Shown here piece by piece: positions 13,340-25,734 of a stretch of 64,000 nucleotides of DNA. Under the pieces are notes generated by a model. That model saw only the letters and a program-made list of their open reading frames with translations, was not told the origin of the DNA and did no database searches. Position numbers and translations under genes: made by a program. How positions within the stretch are numbered: the first letter of the stretch is position 1; each line of letters begins with the position of its first letter. Origin of the DNA: Utricularia gibba (taxonomy: Eukaryota > Plantae > Magnoliophyta); NCBI GenBank assembly GCA_002189035.1, contig NEEC01000013.1:62001-126000 (forward strand), in the 5' to 3' direction.

Positions 13340-14205
13340 CTCATTTTCGAGTTTTACAAAGAAGATGAGGAAAAGTAATGAAATCCAGTCTTTTGTTTTG
13401 TTTTTGCTCTTGAATCATTGTTTTGAAATGAAATTTCAATAATAATTCACCGTACAACAACCTTATTTTATTATTACGATGGTTTTTGTGCACTTAAGAA
13501 TTACCAATAGTAATGGGGTCATCCAATATTTTGGCATGTACTGCCATATAAAGATGTCTTGGATAATAGACTTTTTCTAAATGAATAGTTAGAACACCCA
13601 TCACATCCTATGAAATAGAAATTTATTTCATAAAACTCGGCATTGAGTTTAATATAAAATAGAATTTATATATATTAAATTTAATTTGTATATAAATATT
13701 TGAATTTTAATTTAAAAATAATTGAATCAATAGAGATATAAAACAAGCTAATCCATCACTTTATTTTTTCGTACACAAAAAATAAGATAATAATAATTTT
13801 CAAAATATATAAAAATTAATAATGATAAATACATAGAAATTGTGAAAATAATAAATAATATCATCTTCATAGAAAATTGATGCTTTCAGATTTTTTTAAA
13901 ACAAACTAAAAATAAACAATACTAAAACAAAAATATGTTTTAAACACAATATGAAAAAAAAGCCAAAATTCAATATTCCACTCAATAGAAGGTTACCTCC
14001 ATGTATTTATGTATATATAAACCTAAAACAATGACTTATTTAAACGACTTTGAAAAATCTTATTCTAAAATAGTGTTATATGGTAATTGATGAAACATTA
14101 ATGCTCATCATGTAAAACTCATTAAAACTATTTTACCCCTGTAATGTTCATATATTTGATCATAATCTCACCAGCTCATACTTTTGTATACATATTGGAC
14201 CAAAT

Positions 14206-15672
14206 TATTAGGTTTCTCGTAGACATCGCAAGTCAAAAAAGTGTGGAATTTAAAATTTTTTGAGAAACTCAAATCACAAATTTTGAAATACGGTATAAAT
14301 TAGATAAAGAGGTTCTGAAAATACCTTTCAATGGATTGCATTGTTCACCAACCTTCAATAGTAGACAATCTCAATGGTATCAACATACGTACATCACTCG
14401 GTCAATAACATTTTCAAGGCCGCAAAATGATAGTCGATCTTTTCGGATGCTAGTAGAGAAACTCGTCCCCTAGTAGATTAATCTCACGGAGAATGAAGAT
14501 ATAAAAATCTCTACATATTGAATCTTTTGCTATTATCTTATTTAGATATTTAGTAATATATCTAATCAAATCTCCATAAAGATTTTCTCATGAAAATCAA
14601 AGAGATATATGTTCGCAAATCTTATCTATATTAGATCTTTTATTTTATCCATTTTACCAACAACATTTCATGTAATTGTATCATTCTATATTATATCTAG
14701 AAATGACTTCAATATTTTGTGCCCTATAAATTTTTTTAATCAATGTCGTAATAATGAATTTATTAATTAAATTTTAATTAATCAGATCTATTATTATCGA
14801 TCATAATTAATGTCTAGAAACATATCATGATCTCGAAAATGTAATAATATTTAGGTGAACTGATTAAGTCTTTCTCTGAACAGCCAACATGCATTAAATA
14901 ACTTTTATCATACTTATATCTCATTCGATAGCAGAACATGAATAGGTTTCTTTCTGACGTATCAAACTTATAATTGCATTTAAGTACTAACATTAAATGA
15001 TCAAATCAAACTCTTTGAGTGTCATTAACCTGAACCTAGAACTTATTATTAGGCTTGATGCAATTACTTGAAATAAAATCTCATACCTAACTTAAGTGAT
15101 GAATCCTTTATTGATCAATCATCTATCTTCAATATTAAGGCGTCACATCCCTTTTCATCCATATAAGGTAAGCTATTGTTAGACTTCCATTAATAATGAG
15201 CGAAAATATGAACTTAAGATCAAGACAATTTTATTAATCTTAAATTTAAACTTAATTGTATGACTTTCATATTTGAGATCTTGCCATTGACATTTGTTTA
15301 GTTTTCCATAGTTGCATCTCGAAGATGAGTCATCCAGTGGATCAATTTTTTAATCGACACCCACATATTGGTTTTAATAATCTCATTACACCAATTTTGA
15401 GAACTATTGCCTAAACAATTTAGGAAACTAAATATGTTTCAGCTTATCCATATTTGTGATATTTTCATTTCACAAATACCTTAACTAGAGAATTTTTAAC
15501 TTGAAAACAAATGCTTGGAGAATCTGACATTGTGATCTCATCATAATTTCTACAATGTGTAGATCAAGTAGAGGTTTTTATCAATGATATAAATTTGATC
15601 ACAATTCAAAGTGAATATCAAAAGATAAGATTTGTTAATGAGTTGATAGTCTCTAGAACACATATATTAACA
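14206..15672 (-). mobile_element. Family C solo LTR (copia Angela-like, inferred), 1467 bp
   Basis: Homologous end to end with 33007-34389. Exact 5-bp TSD CAAAT (14201-14205 and 15673-15677). Left terminus TG mutated to TA. Confidence 0.85.
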
Positions 15673-15770
15673 CAAATGTGGTTTCACAACAATATTCTAT
15701 TGAATTTTTCTCCTTCAATTTAGGATTCTGTCACATTTGCTTATGATTTTGTGATAATCAATAGCATGTT

Positions 15771-16800
15771 TGATAAATGAAATTTCTTAATGTCGTTATC
15801 AAAGAAAATAAATTTTCGTATCAAATAAATTTATGTTCCATAGTTTTCAAAAAATACAAATTCAACACAAAATGTATAGTAGATTTTTTTATAATGTATT
15901 TTTTACAATGTATTTCTTACAAATAAATGTATGTTCCATATAAATTCAATGTATTTTTTATAATGTAGATCATAGAATAAATGTTACCTTTAGTTCAAAG
16001 TCAAACTAACAATGATATGCAAATTCAGTAAGTAAAATCAAGTCATAACGTAGAAAGTAACAAATACTGATTTTGAGAAGGAAATAATACCAAAATATCT
16101 CAAAATGGTTCAGGTGATATAGTGTTTAAGTTCCTATTTTAATCTACAAATTGTCTAGATTCACACTCTAAACAACCTAATTCTATCTAGGTTGTTTGCT
16201 ATGTTTTCAGCTAAAGTGGTCCTTAATGTCATTATGGATTTCACACTTAGGTCTAACAATATGCAAAATATGTAGATACTAGATTTACTCAATTTTATTG
16301 ATTCTACCCATGACTACTATCTACTATCTCTGTCTTAACTTATTAGTCTACCTCTGAATCAAGTGTTTGAGTTGCAATGTTATTCACTTTCCCCTTTAGA
16401 TCTACTTGAAAAATGTTAGAAACGAAAATTAATGTATACAATGGTAGATTATCTCATCAATCCAAGTACATATCACCTTCTCACACCTAAAGGCATCCTT
16501 AAATTTAGCAAACTCATGTGTGATAAGCAAAGCATATCTTATCAAGATAAACTATTAAAAATATCATAAATATTGTGAGATAATTAGTCATAGGAACTAA
16601 ATATCTAGCAAGCTAAAAACAAAGTAAAATAGTTTTTTTTCTTCGTCTGCTACTATTGACAACTCGAAATATCATAAAGTTCTTCATCTTGGAGGTTTTT
16701 CTTCTAGAAAAATCGTCTTCTTCCTTCCTTCTCTTCCTTGTTCTTCTTGATATTTATTGCTGTTGTTGAAGTTTTGTAGAAAACTCAACACAAGAAAGTT
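15771..16800 (-). mobile_element. Family A LTR, truncated
   Basis: TGATAAATGAAATTTC start, GGTCTACC-type motifs and ATATCTAGCAAGCTAAA block. Terminal hairpin region absent; right end approximate. Confidence 0.75.
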
Positions 16801-16932
16801 CGTAAAAATACTAATCCATGGAGAAGACCTAAGTAATACAAAGTCTAAGAAGACATTTCCCATGAATGGAACATCCAAGTAATGTAATGGTTGAGAAGAT
16901 ATTGTTTTTGGAAAGAACATTTGAGTATAAAA

Positions 16933-17813
16933 TGCTTGGGGTGACCATGTGAGGAACCCAAGAAGAAAGATTTATAGAGAAATATAATTATGCCTAACAA
17001 GGTAAATCATGTTAATTACCTAATGCCTAACAAGCATCAGAGCATGAAAAGTATTTAAAATACATAATGAATCTAAGAAGTCTTGAAGAGCTCAATAATG
17101 ATAGTTCACAAGATGAGAAGAAAATATAGAACCATGCATGCAAATCTTGCACACTGATTGACCTCTTGTGAGATCATGTCAAATTCAACTAGCTTCCACA
17201 CCTACACCACATTAGGATAATAATGTCTTAAGAATTTGAATTGAAATACCTCCAAGGGTGCATCTTCACTTGGAACCTAATGATTGGTCTTTCACCATTG
17301 TATTGCATCACTCATCATGGCACATAGTGATCATCTCTTGAATCCTTGGGGAATCCCATACAATTGTAGCTTATTTTGGTGAACTTGGGTCCCATAGACT
17401 CTTCATCCACTATTGCATTACATAACCCACCTCATTTGGGGTGTGTCATGGAACTTAGAGACTCAAGTTTTCTCAAGTCATAGATAGTACACTAGCATTA
17501 GTCCCTCATTACCTTATATTGCAACTAAAATTGATCAAACTTACTACCATTCCCTCAAACAATGACAAAGATGACCACAAAGATGCACTCTACTATAGGC
17601 CCTTCTATATGTAAGTTTAGTGAGGATCTCCAAAAGATTTAACTACTTGCACCATGACATTACAACTACTAAAATCATTCCACGTGTCCTATCCATTAAC
17701 TCACATAGTGAGATACACTCCTCTTGACCTTGAAAATCTCAAATGTACTCATACCCATTAGTCTTAATCACACCCATTAGTCCTAATCACATACCTAGTC
17801 ATGACCTACATCA
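16933..17813. mobile_element. Degenerate LTR-like fragment
   Basis: TG... start and ...CTACATCA end, but flanks do not match (TAAAA vs AAGGT). Boundaries tentative. Confidence 0.25.
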
Positions 17814-18718
17814 AAGGTTGTGAGTGACTTTGCTTATCTCTCTCTATATCACTCTATGCTTCTCCAACGCCTATTAACCTAGTTTTGATAATGCCTATGA
17901 TAATGACTTGCACTCAAAACTTAGATCTTGACTGCCTACTAGTGGCACTCTCCCCTCTCACCTAGCGGTAACATGCCATAAGTGGGTTGGGGTTTAGGCT
18001 TAACCATGTGCGCCAAAAACAAACATTGTATTTAAACATAGTCCCAAAAGCAATTACAATTTCAAAACAACTTATCAAGACCATCCAACCCCTAATCTAG
18101 ACATGTAACAACCAATAACATCCCCATGCCCTTGTAACTCATCGTCATTTTTCCATACACCCATGTTCTAACTCGGATCTGAACATACAAGGATCATGTA
18201 AGGAGTCAATCTGATAGCCTACCTACCTCCCCCATTTTCCTCACTTCACCTTCATTTTCCAAGATACATACCACACTCAAAATCCCCTTCCCCTTTTGTG
18301 GATCCCACCCCCTCAATCCTTCAAGTAATCACTTGGTTGAACCAAGTGAACCGATATCTGAAAAAAAAATGAGTTGGGTGATACTTTACCTTAAAAATTT
18401 GGATTCAAGTCATATCACATGGAGCTATTTGTTTCACATGCTATCAAAATCGATAATTAATTCAAGCTATTTGCTGAAGCTCCAGTTTTAATAAAAGTAC
18501 TTCTAGAAGTGATTCTCAACCAAAACATGTGTTGCTTTTGCTTCACACGGAGCTAAAAGAGCAAAGTGTTTCAATTTTTTGGAATGTGGGGGACTCGTGT
18601 TCTAATAAGATTTGAGACCATATTTATTGCATTGCAAAGACAAAAAAGAAGTATATTGTTCACATAATTAATATTGAATGACTCTATTGTGATTATGAAA
18701 TCTATACAACTACTAATG

Positions 18719-21416
18719 TGTTAAGTGTCAATTTCTCACCATTTCTTAGATTGTTTTTATGCTTAATTATGATTAGAAATGTCTAATTAGGAGTCTACAA
18801 TATGAGATTTAGTTTTTTATTTTGTTTAGGATAATTATCCTAAATCTTGTATTTTATCTAATAATTTTGCTAGTTTTAATTGAGTTTTTCTAGAGGTGCA
18901 CACATGGCAGTAAGTGAGAAAAAGAGGGCAGCAGATGGCAACAAATTGGATCTTACCGAGCTGACATTCCCTTGATTTCCAGAAGACTGCAGACACCTAA
19001 TCAGAGCAGATGTTTGCTTGCAAGTCACCCCAATTCACAGCAGAACCAAGGAGATACGAAAGCTCAGACTCTCATTGAAGTTCAGTTTTGTTGACACGTT
19101 GAAAAAGTAGTAGTTAGTTTAGTTTAGACTTTTGTTTCTCTCTCTGAAGGATTTTCCTCCAATTCTCTCTAGAACCTTGTTTTCGTTTCCTCTAGTTTGT
19201 ATGGCCGTTCGCAGCTAGAAACATCTGTTTTTGAGTTGGAATACTTCTAGATCCATGTTTCATTAGCTTATCTTCAACTCTTTTTGAATTCGAACGGGTT
19301 TCGTATCTTTTCGAGCGACTATGTGATAAACGAAAATTCCTAATGTCGTTGCAAAAATAGAAATTTCGTTATCAAATAAATTTATAAGCCCTAATCCTCA
19401 CAAAATACAAATTAAACACAAAGTGTACAGTGGAATACAGGGTCGATCACAAAGAGCTTGTGCTTGTTATGTATTTCAGCAGATGCAGAATTCAAAGTAA
19501 TGGTAAGTCTTAGTCTAAGCTCGGACCAATAGTGGTAAACAAGTTCGGTAAACAAAATCAGTAAACAATATCAGTTATTAACGCTAAGGTAACAGGTATT
19601 GGTTCTAACTTAGAATAATACTAAGGTGTCTTACTGTAGGTGATATGCTGCCAAAATCTCTAATTTAATCTATCATCTTCCTACACTCACAATTTCAAAT
19701 AAGCTAAGTCTACCCAAGTCATTTATCATATTTTCAGCTAAGTTAGTTCCCCATATCATCACCAACATTACAATTAGCTCTACCCGCATGCAAAGCATAT
19801 AGAACTAGGTCTATCCGGTTCTATTGGTTCTACTGGTTCTACCCCAAACTAACACTTAATGTTCCCGTCTTGATTTGTTGGTCTACCTCTAAATCAAGCA
19901 TCTAAGTTGTGAAGCTACTTGTTCCCCTCCTTAGGTCTACCCATGGCTTGATAGAAATAAGACCTAAGGAACAATGGAGAATTTTATTAAGACTCCTAGA
20001 CCAACACTATCATACCTCACCTTAAGTCACCCCTGGGGTTTAGCTACTCATTCTTTGAAGGTAAAATGTAATGGCATTAATATAAAACAACGAAAATGTT
20101 GAGAACATCATGCAGAAGTTGGGTGCAAAAATAAAAAATATCAACAAACTAAAATAAAGCAGTAAGAGTTTTGGTTTCCATCTGCTACTGTTCCTGGGTC
20201 GGAACAGTAGCGTTGAATTGAGTCTCGATCTCCTTCCTTCACGCTGGAGGTTCTTCTCCATAAAAATGGTCTTCCTTTCTCCTTCTCCTTTAGTATTCTT
20301 CGTGCTCAAGTTGGGGGAGAAAACCCCTCGTGTGTGTTCTGAAAAACGCATTGTCCCCTTGCGATTCTCTCTCCTCTCCCTTTCTCTCGCCTCTCACTGC
20401 CCAAGGCAAGTACATTCTCTGACAGTTCTGCTGCTCCTGCCCCTAACTTGCAGACTGTTGTCGGGACAGTGTATTCATTGCTTCCTTTCTGCATGGTAAC
20501 TTACATGAAATCCTTGACTCTTCCATGATTTTCGGGTAGCTATTGAGCTCAAAATTGGGTTAGAACATGGGTGGGCTAAATCAAGGGATTTAGCCCACTA
20601 AAACACCAAAAATCACATTTTCCTAAATTATATATAAAAATACTTAAAACTATAAAATAAACAACCTAACATAATTAAAAACTCATGATTTTTATATCCT
20701 AAAAACATGAAAATTTGTGTGCTATCACTATGTTACAGTCTTTCTGTAACAGTCTCCTTATTCAACATTCATGGTTAATTGATCAATACTCGTGAGTTTT
20801 GGAGAGGAGTAAGGTAGAGAGCACCAACTCATACCCTTTTGGCAGGAGGAAGACAACGTTTTGTCTTTGGCTGTACCTCAGGATAAATGGACAGGTAGTG
20901 ACCTTGTATCTGGACTCATTGGGTCATTGGCAACATTCAGGCACACGCGCGCAATTCAGCAGTGAGAGTACGCTGGCAGGACGTCTTATTCTCACGTTCG
21001 TCCAAGGAGGAGCAACATCGAGCTATTCCCGTGCCTTCTTGCAAGAGAGTGTAAGGGAGGATAGACAATTCCTTACTCCTATAATCGTGTACTCGAGAAG
21101 ACCAGAGAAGAGTGGAGACGCAACGAACATAGTTGGACAGGATTCCAAACTCAGGAACATTCACTTTATTTAAGGTTCATTGCTTAAGTTTATTTCAGTT
21201 GTCTGTTTAAAACCCTCTTATTCCCTCACTCAAGCTTCATCATTTACATTTCTCGCACCTTTACTTCCAAAACCATTTACAAATCGTGACAGTTGTATTT
21301 GGTGTGACCTCAACATTCACTGAAAAACAACTCCCTGTGTTTGACACCCGTACTATGCTTTTGTGTTTTACGAGTTTTAAAAATATTAATATTTGTTGTG
21401 GAAATGACATGCATCA
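18719..21416 (+). mobile_element. Family B solo LTR (Athila-like, inferred) interrupted by a family A solo LTR
   Basis: TGTTAAGTGTCA...GACATGCATCA. Exact TSD TAATG (18714-18718 and 21417-21421). About 1290 bp after removing the nested A copy. Confidence 0.88.
19324..20726 (-). mobile_element. Family A solo LTR, 1403 bp
   Basis: TGATAAACG...GCTATCA. Exact TSD CTATG (19319-19323 and 20727-20731). Confidence 0.93.
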
Positions 21417-21713
21417 TAATGCAAAGAATTGATTAAGGGATATAATTCAGTATGGAACTATGACCTAGATTGGCTAAACTAGGTTGGAGTAATGGATCCA
21501 CCTATGGGTAATAAAATGGCTCAAAGGTAATCGGTAAATCGATTGTACATCATGAATGGGATCTAAAAGAGATAGAGTCAGCTAGTAGCTACTGGCAAAC
21601 AGTTTGAAAGGCCGCTAACTTATAGGAATTTAGAGCAGGAGGTGGTTATATGTCGATAGGGACACAAGAAAGATCAGGCGAATCTTGCAAAGCACAAAAC
21701 GTATCTAACCCCT

Positions 21714-22984
21714 TGATAACTGGAAATTCTAATGTAGTTGCAAAAGAATGAATTTTAGTATCAAATAAATTTATGATCTCTTATATTGATAAAATACAAA
21801 TTAAACACAACTTGCATAGTGAATTTCGAGGTCGATCACAAGGATCAAGTACTTGTAAAATGTTTCTCGAGATATAGAATTTAGAATAAATTTTACTTTT
21901 AATCCAAGATTAAACTAAAAATGGTATATAAATTCAGAAAGTAAAATCAAGTCACAATGTAAAAAATAATAAATACAAGTTATAAGCCCAAAATTATATT
22001 AAGATATCTGAAGGTGGTTTAAGTTCCTAAACTAATTTATAATTTGTTTATATAGATATTCTAACCTACTTAAGTTTACCTATGTTGTTTCTTATTTTCG
22101 ACTAAATTAGTTATTAATGTTATCACCCATATTTTGATTTGTTGGTCTATATCAAAATAAAGCTTTTGAGCTACAGTATTGTATATCCACCCCCCCCCCC
22201 CCCCCCGCTCCCTTTAAGTCTACCCAAGAGATGTTAGAAGTGAAAGCTAATGTACTCAATGGTAGATTATATCCTAAATCACATCATCTTGTCAAACCTT
22301 AAGGCATCCCTAAATTTAGCTACTCATTTGTAATAATTAAAGCACAATCTCATCAAGATAAACTAAAGAAAACATCATAAACATTGTGAGACACACAATC
22401 ACAAAAACTAAATATCCAGCAAACTAAAGAGAAAGTAAAGTGTTTTTTTTTGTCTATTCTTGCTTACAACCTGGAATAGTAGCACTAAACCAAGTTTTAA
22501 TGCTTGTTCTTCGTATTGAAGACTTTTTCTTTTGGAAAAATCATCTTCTTCTTCCTTATTATTTGTTGTTGTCACCTCTCAAAGAAGCTCTTTGTTGTGT
22601 TCTTTTTTCAATTCTCTCTCTCTTCCAAAATCTCTTCTCCTCTCTTTTTTTAATGTAAGTACGGTTTCTGACAACCTTACTATTTTTGCCTCTAACTTGC
22701 AGTCTGGTGCAGCATTGTCTCTTGTTTTTGCACTACATATTTTGCTAAGTGGCTGCCGCATGAAATTCTTGTCTTGCTCCTCCCTGATTTTAAGATCTTG
22801 TTGCTACGCTTAAAAAGTTACTAACATAGAATGGGCTAAATCAAAGGATTTAGGCCATATGCACATAAAATCATATCTACCTCTAATTTCGGAAAAGGTT
22901 TTAAAATCATAGAATAAATACCAAAACATAATTAAAAAGTCACAACTTTCATATCTTGAAAATAACAAAATTCATGTGTTATAA
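21714..22984 (-). mobile_element. Family A solo LTR, 1271 bp
   Basis: TGATAAC...GTGTTATAA (terminal CA mutated). Flanks CCCCT / CCCCC (4/5). Confidence 0.85.
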
Positions 22985-23483
22985 CCCCCAGAGAATCGGT
23001 CGGCCAAGGCTTCCCTATAAATAGGAGCCCTAATCTGTAGAATAGCAATCTGCATCCATTGCATCCCCTATAAATCCCTCCTTTTCTCTTAGTAAAAGTC
23101 GTTTCTTCGGTGAGCTCCCTAACTCCATGGTTTTTTATCACAACGGTTTTTATATAAAAATCTATGATCTTGCTTTACCACTTTTCATATAGCAAAAACC
23201 ATAATCTTACAAATTGGTGACTTGGATCACCAAAACATCCAATTTAGTTTTCAAAATCAGACCATTTCCTATTACAAATTTTTTAACCGCAACAAATTCA
23301 CAAAAGACTTGATGATTTGATCTACGTTCAATATTACAAAAAACTTAAGGATGTGTAATTTACACTCATATTGTAGTTATATCATCATTTGTTAGGTGGA
23401 ATGTGGAAAAGAAGTTTTTCTATTCTATGAACCTTGATAATATTGAATAAATCGATGCATGAATGATAGAAGATAATGAAGAT

Positions 23484-24725
23484 TGTTAAATCTTTTTGTA
23501 TGTCTAAATCTAATAGAAGTCCTTTAGTTAAGAATTTTTGGTTTTATTTAGATTAGGGTAAGGGTCCTAATTATTAGGTTTTTATACTCTTTTTAGTTAA
23601 GTCATATTTAAGTATTGTTAGAGACGAACACCGGGTAGAAAGTGGAGAAGGGAAGTAGTAGAAAGCGATAATTAAAATCTTACCTAAATGAAATTCTCCT
23701 TGATATCTGAAAAACCATAAACACCTAATGATGAGCCTTGGCATGTAGGACACGATTGTAGTTGACATAAGAAAATCTGATTACTACAATTTCAGAGCAG
23801 CAGGTCCCTCGCAAGTCACTCAAGAGAACTACATAATGAATGGGTGACAAAGTTGAGATGAAAAGGGACTTTTCTCAATTGCGGTTTCAATTTTTAGACT
23901 TGTTTTGTTGCCTTATATAGCCGTTCATGGCTGAATGCCATTGTTTCTCGGTTGAGAGGCTCTCACATGTATGTTTCATTAATTAATCTTTACTTCTTTT
24001 TTGAATTTGATCAGGTTTCACATTTCTCCACATGAATACGTTATAATCTTTCTATAATGACCCCCATATTTAAAATTCACTATTAGCTTAACATTACCTA
24101 TGAGTTTTAAAGAGGAATAAAGTGGAAAGCATCAACTTATATCCTTTTGGTTCGAGAGAGACAACATTTTGTCTGTGACTGTATTTCATAATTAATGGAT
24201 AGATAATAACCTCGTATTTGGACTATTGGGTCATTGTTAGTATTTAGACACATGCATGCAATTCCACAATGAGGATAACCACGGCTGGACCTATTATCTT
24301 TCTGTTCTTTCAAGAGAAAGCAACATTAAGTGATTCCCATGGCTACTTGTAAGAGAGTGTAAGAGGATGTATACAATTTTTTATTCTCATAATCGAGTAT
24401 TCGAGTGAAGCAAAGAAGATTGGAGACACAATGAACATAATTGGATAGAATTCCAATCCTAAAAACAATTCTGTATTTAGGATTCATCGTTTAACTTCAC
24501 TTTTGTTGTTTGCTCTTATAGTTTTTTTTATTCAGATTTTATCATTTATATTTCTAACGTTTTTTACTTTTACAAACTATTTTATGAATGGTGTTAGTCT
24601 GTAAGCAATTAAAACCTTACCTTTCTCTAAAAAAATCGATTTCCTTTGATCAACATCAGTATTACACTTTTAATGTTTTATATGTTAAGAATTTTATAAA
24701 ATTTGTTGTGCAACTACACATATGA
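23484..24725 (+). mobile_element. Family B solo LTR, older copy, 1242 bp
   Basis: Homologous to 20760-21416 and 18719-19318. Exact TSD AAGAT (23479-23483 and 24726-24730). Right end ...ACATATGA. Confidence 0.8.
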
Positions 24726-25464
24726 AAGATCCATTATTCTATAATGAAATTTAAAGCCAACATATCATGATGAGTTAAATTTCATATATTCAAATACATA
24801 AAATAACAATGATGGTGAAGAAGAATGTTAGATTTATATTATTATAAATATTAATATTCTTAAAATTATTCAAATATATATATATATATATTTTTTTTTT
24901 TTATTACAGTGAATTTAAAAATTTTTTAGGATTAATGTAAAGATGATGATAATTTGGATCTCTCATTCTTACACTTACAAATAAACAATATGAGTTCAAA
25001 TAAGGATCAAAGGGATGTTTGACAATTATGTTTTCATTGAACTATCATATTTATTATATCATTTTGCTTGATATTTATATTGAATATGAATTATTTGACT
25101 TTGATACGAATTTTATTATTTTGGTATATAATGATTAGTAGATAGCTTTTATTCTATTTTCATTATTTTTATGTTGAATTGTATTAAGTTTTATTATTTT
25201 ATTATATTCATATGTTAATTTTTATTAAAAAATAAACATTTCGTATAACATCTTTTAAAATATATATTTTTCATAAATAGATGAACATCAAATCACCACA
25301 AAAACGGTCACGATTATGCATCCGAGTTGAAAACTTAGCTCCCCAAATCCAACGAGGCGCAACTTCATTCCCTTTGATCCCTGTCCAACCGATCCATCTT
25401 GGTCCGGGGTGTCACACAAATTGACTCGAAAGCCACTGAGCTTCGGTGAAGAGCAGTCTGCAAG

Positions 25465-25734
25465 ATGTGGAAAGACAAAAGCCCTGGGCTCAAGATTCTC
25501 TGGTTGTGGACCTTCGGGACTGCAGCAGGTAGACTCTGCTCGCCATTGCTTCCTAGGGCAATTTGCTAAACTATTTTTTTTTTTCCTTGTTGGCGCAAAA
25601 AAGTTGTTTCATCCCAATTTTCCGCAGTATTGGTCGTAAATGTCGTGACTACGAGAACAAGAGACATGAAGAAGCAATTAGATTCCCCGCACGTTGCTGC
25701 CGGGGAAAAAGTTTCCCCTGTCCGTGAAGTATAA
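25465..25734 (+). CDS. 56-aa predicted single-pass membrane microprotein, two exons
   Basis: Exon 25465-25528, GT-AG intron 25529-25627 (99 nt, with T-tract), exon 25628-25734, 171 nt in total. Protein: MWKDKSPGLKILWLWTFGTAAVLVVNVVTTRTRDMKKQLDSPHVAAGEKVSPVREV. From memory it resembles a conserved plant small protein (PGLKILWxWTxGTAA..TR.RDM); not database-checked. Confidence 0.85.

Larger units (their letters stand above)
18581..23140 (+). mobile_element. Older Tat/Retand-like LTR remnant hosting nested B and A insertions
   Basis: PPT-like GGAATGTGGGGGAC at 18581-18594. Residual segments 18595-18718, 21417-21713 and 22985-23140 include CTATAAATAGG (~23009) and end TTTTTATCA. Clade is an inference. 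Confidence 0.35.

Noticed and set aside
20040-20499. ORFs within family A copies (also 48129-48496 and 57409-57696)
   Set aside because: Chance ORFs in the purine/pyrimidine-rich LTR block; frames differ between copies.
20799-21173. ORFs of 60-160 aa at 20799, 50141, 50760, 53454 and similar
   Set aside because: They lie inside family B LTRs, frames are not conserved between copies, and no protein motif is recognisable.
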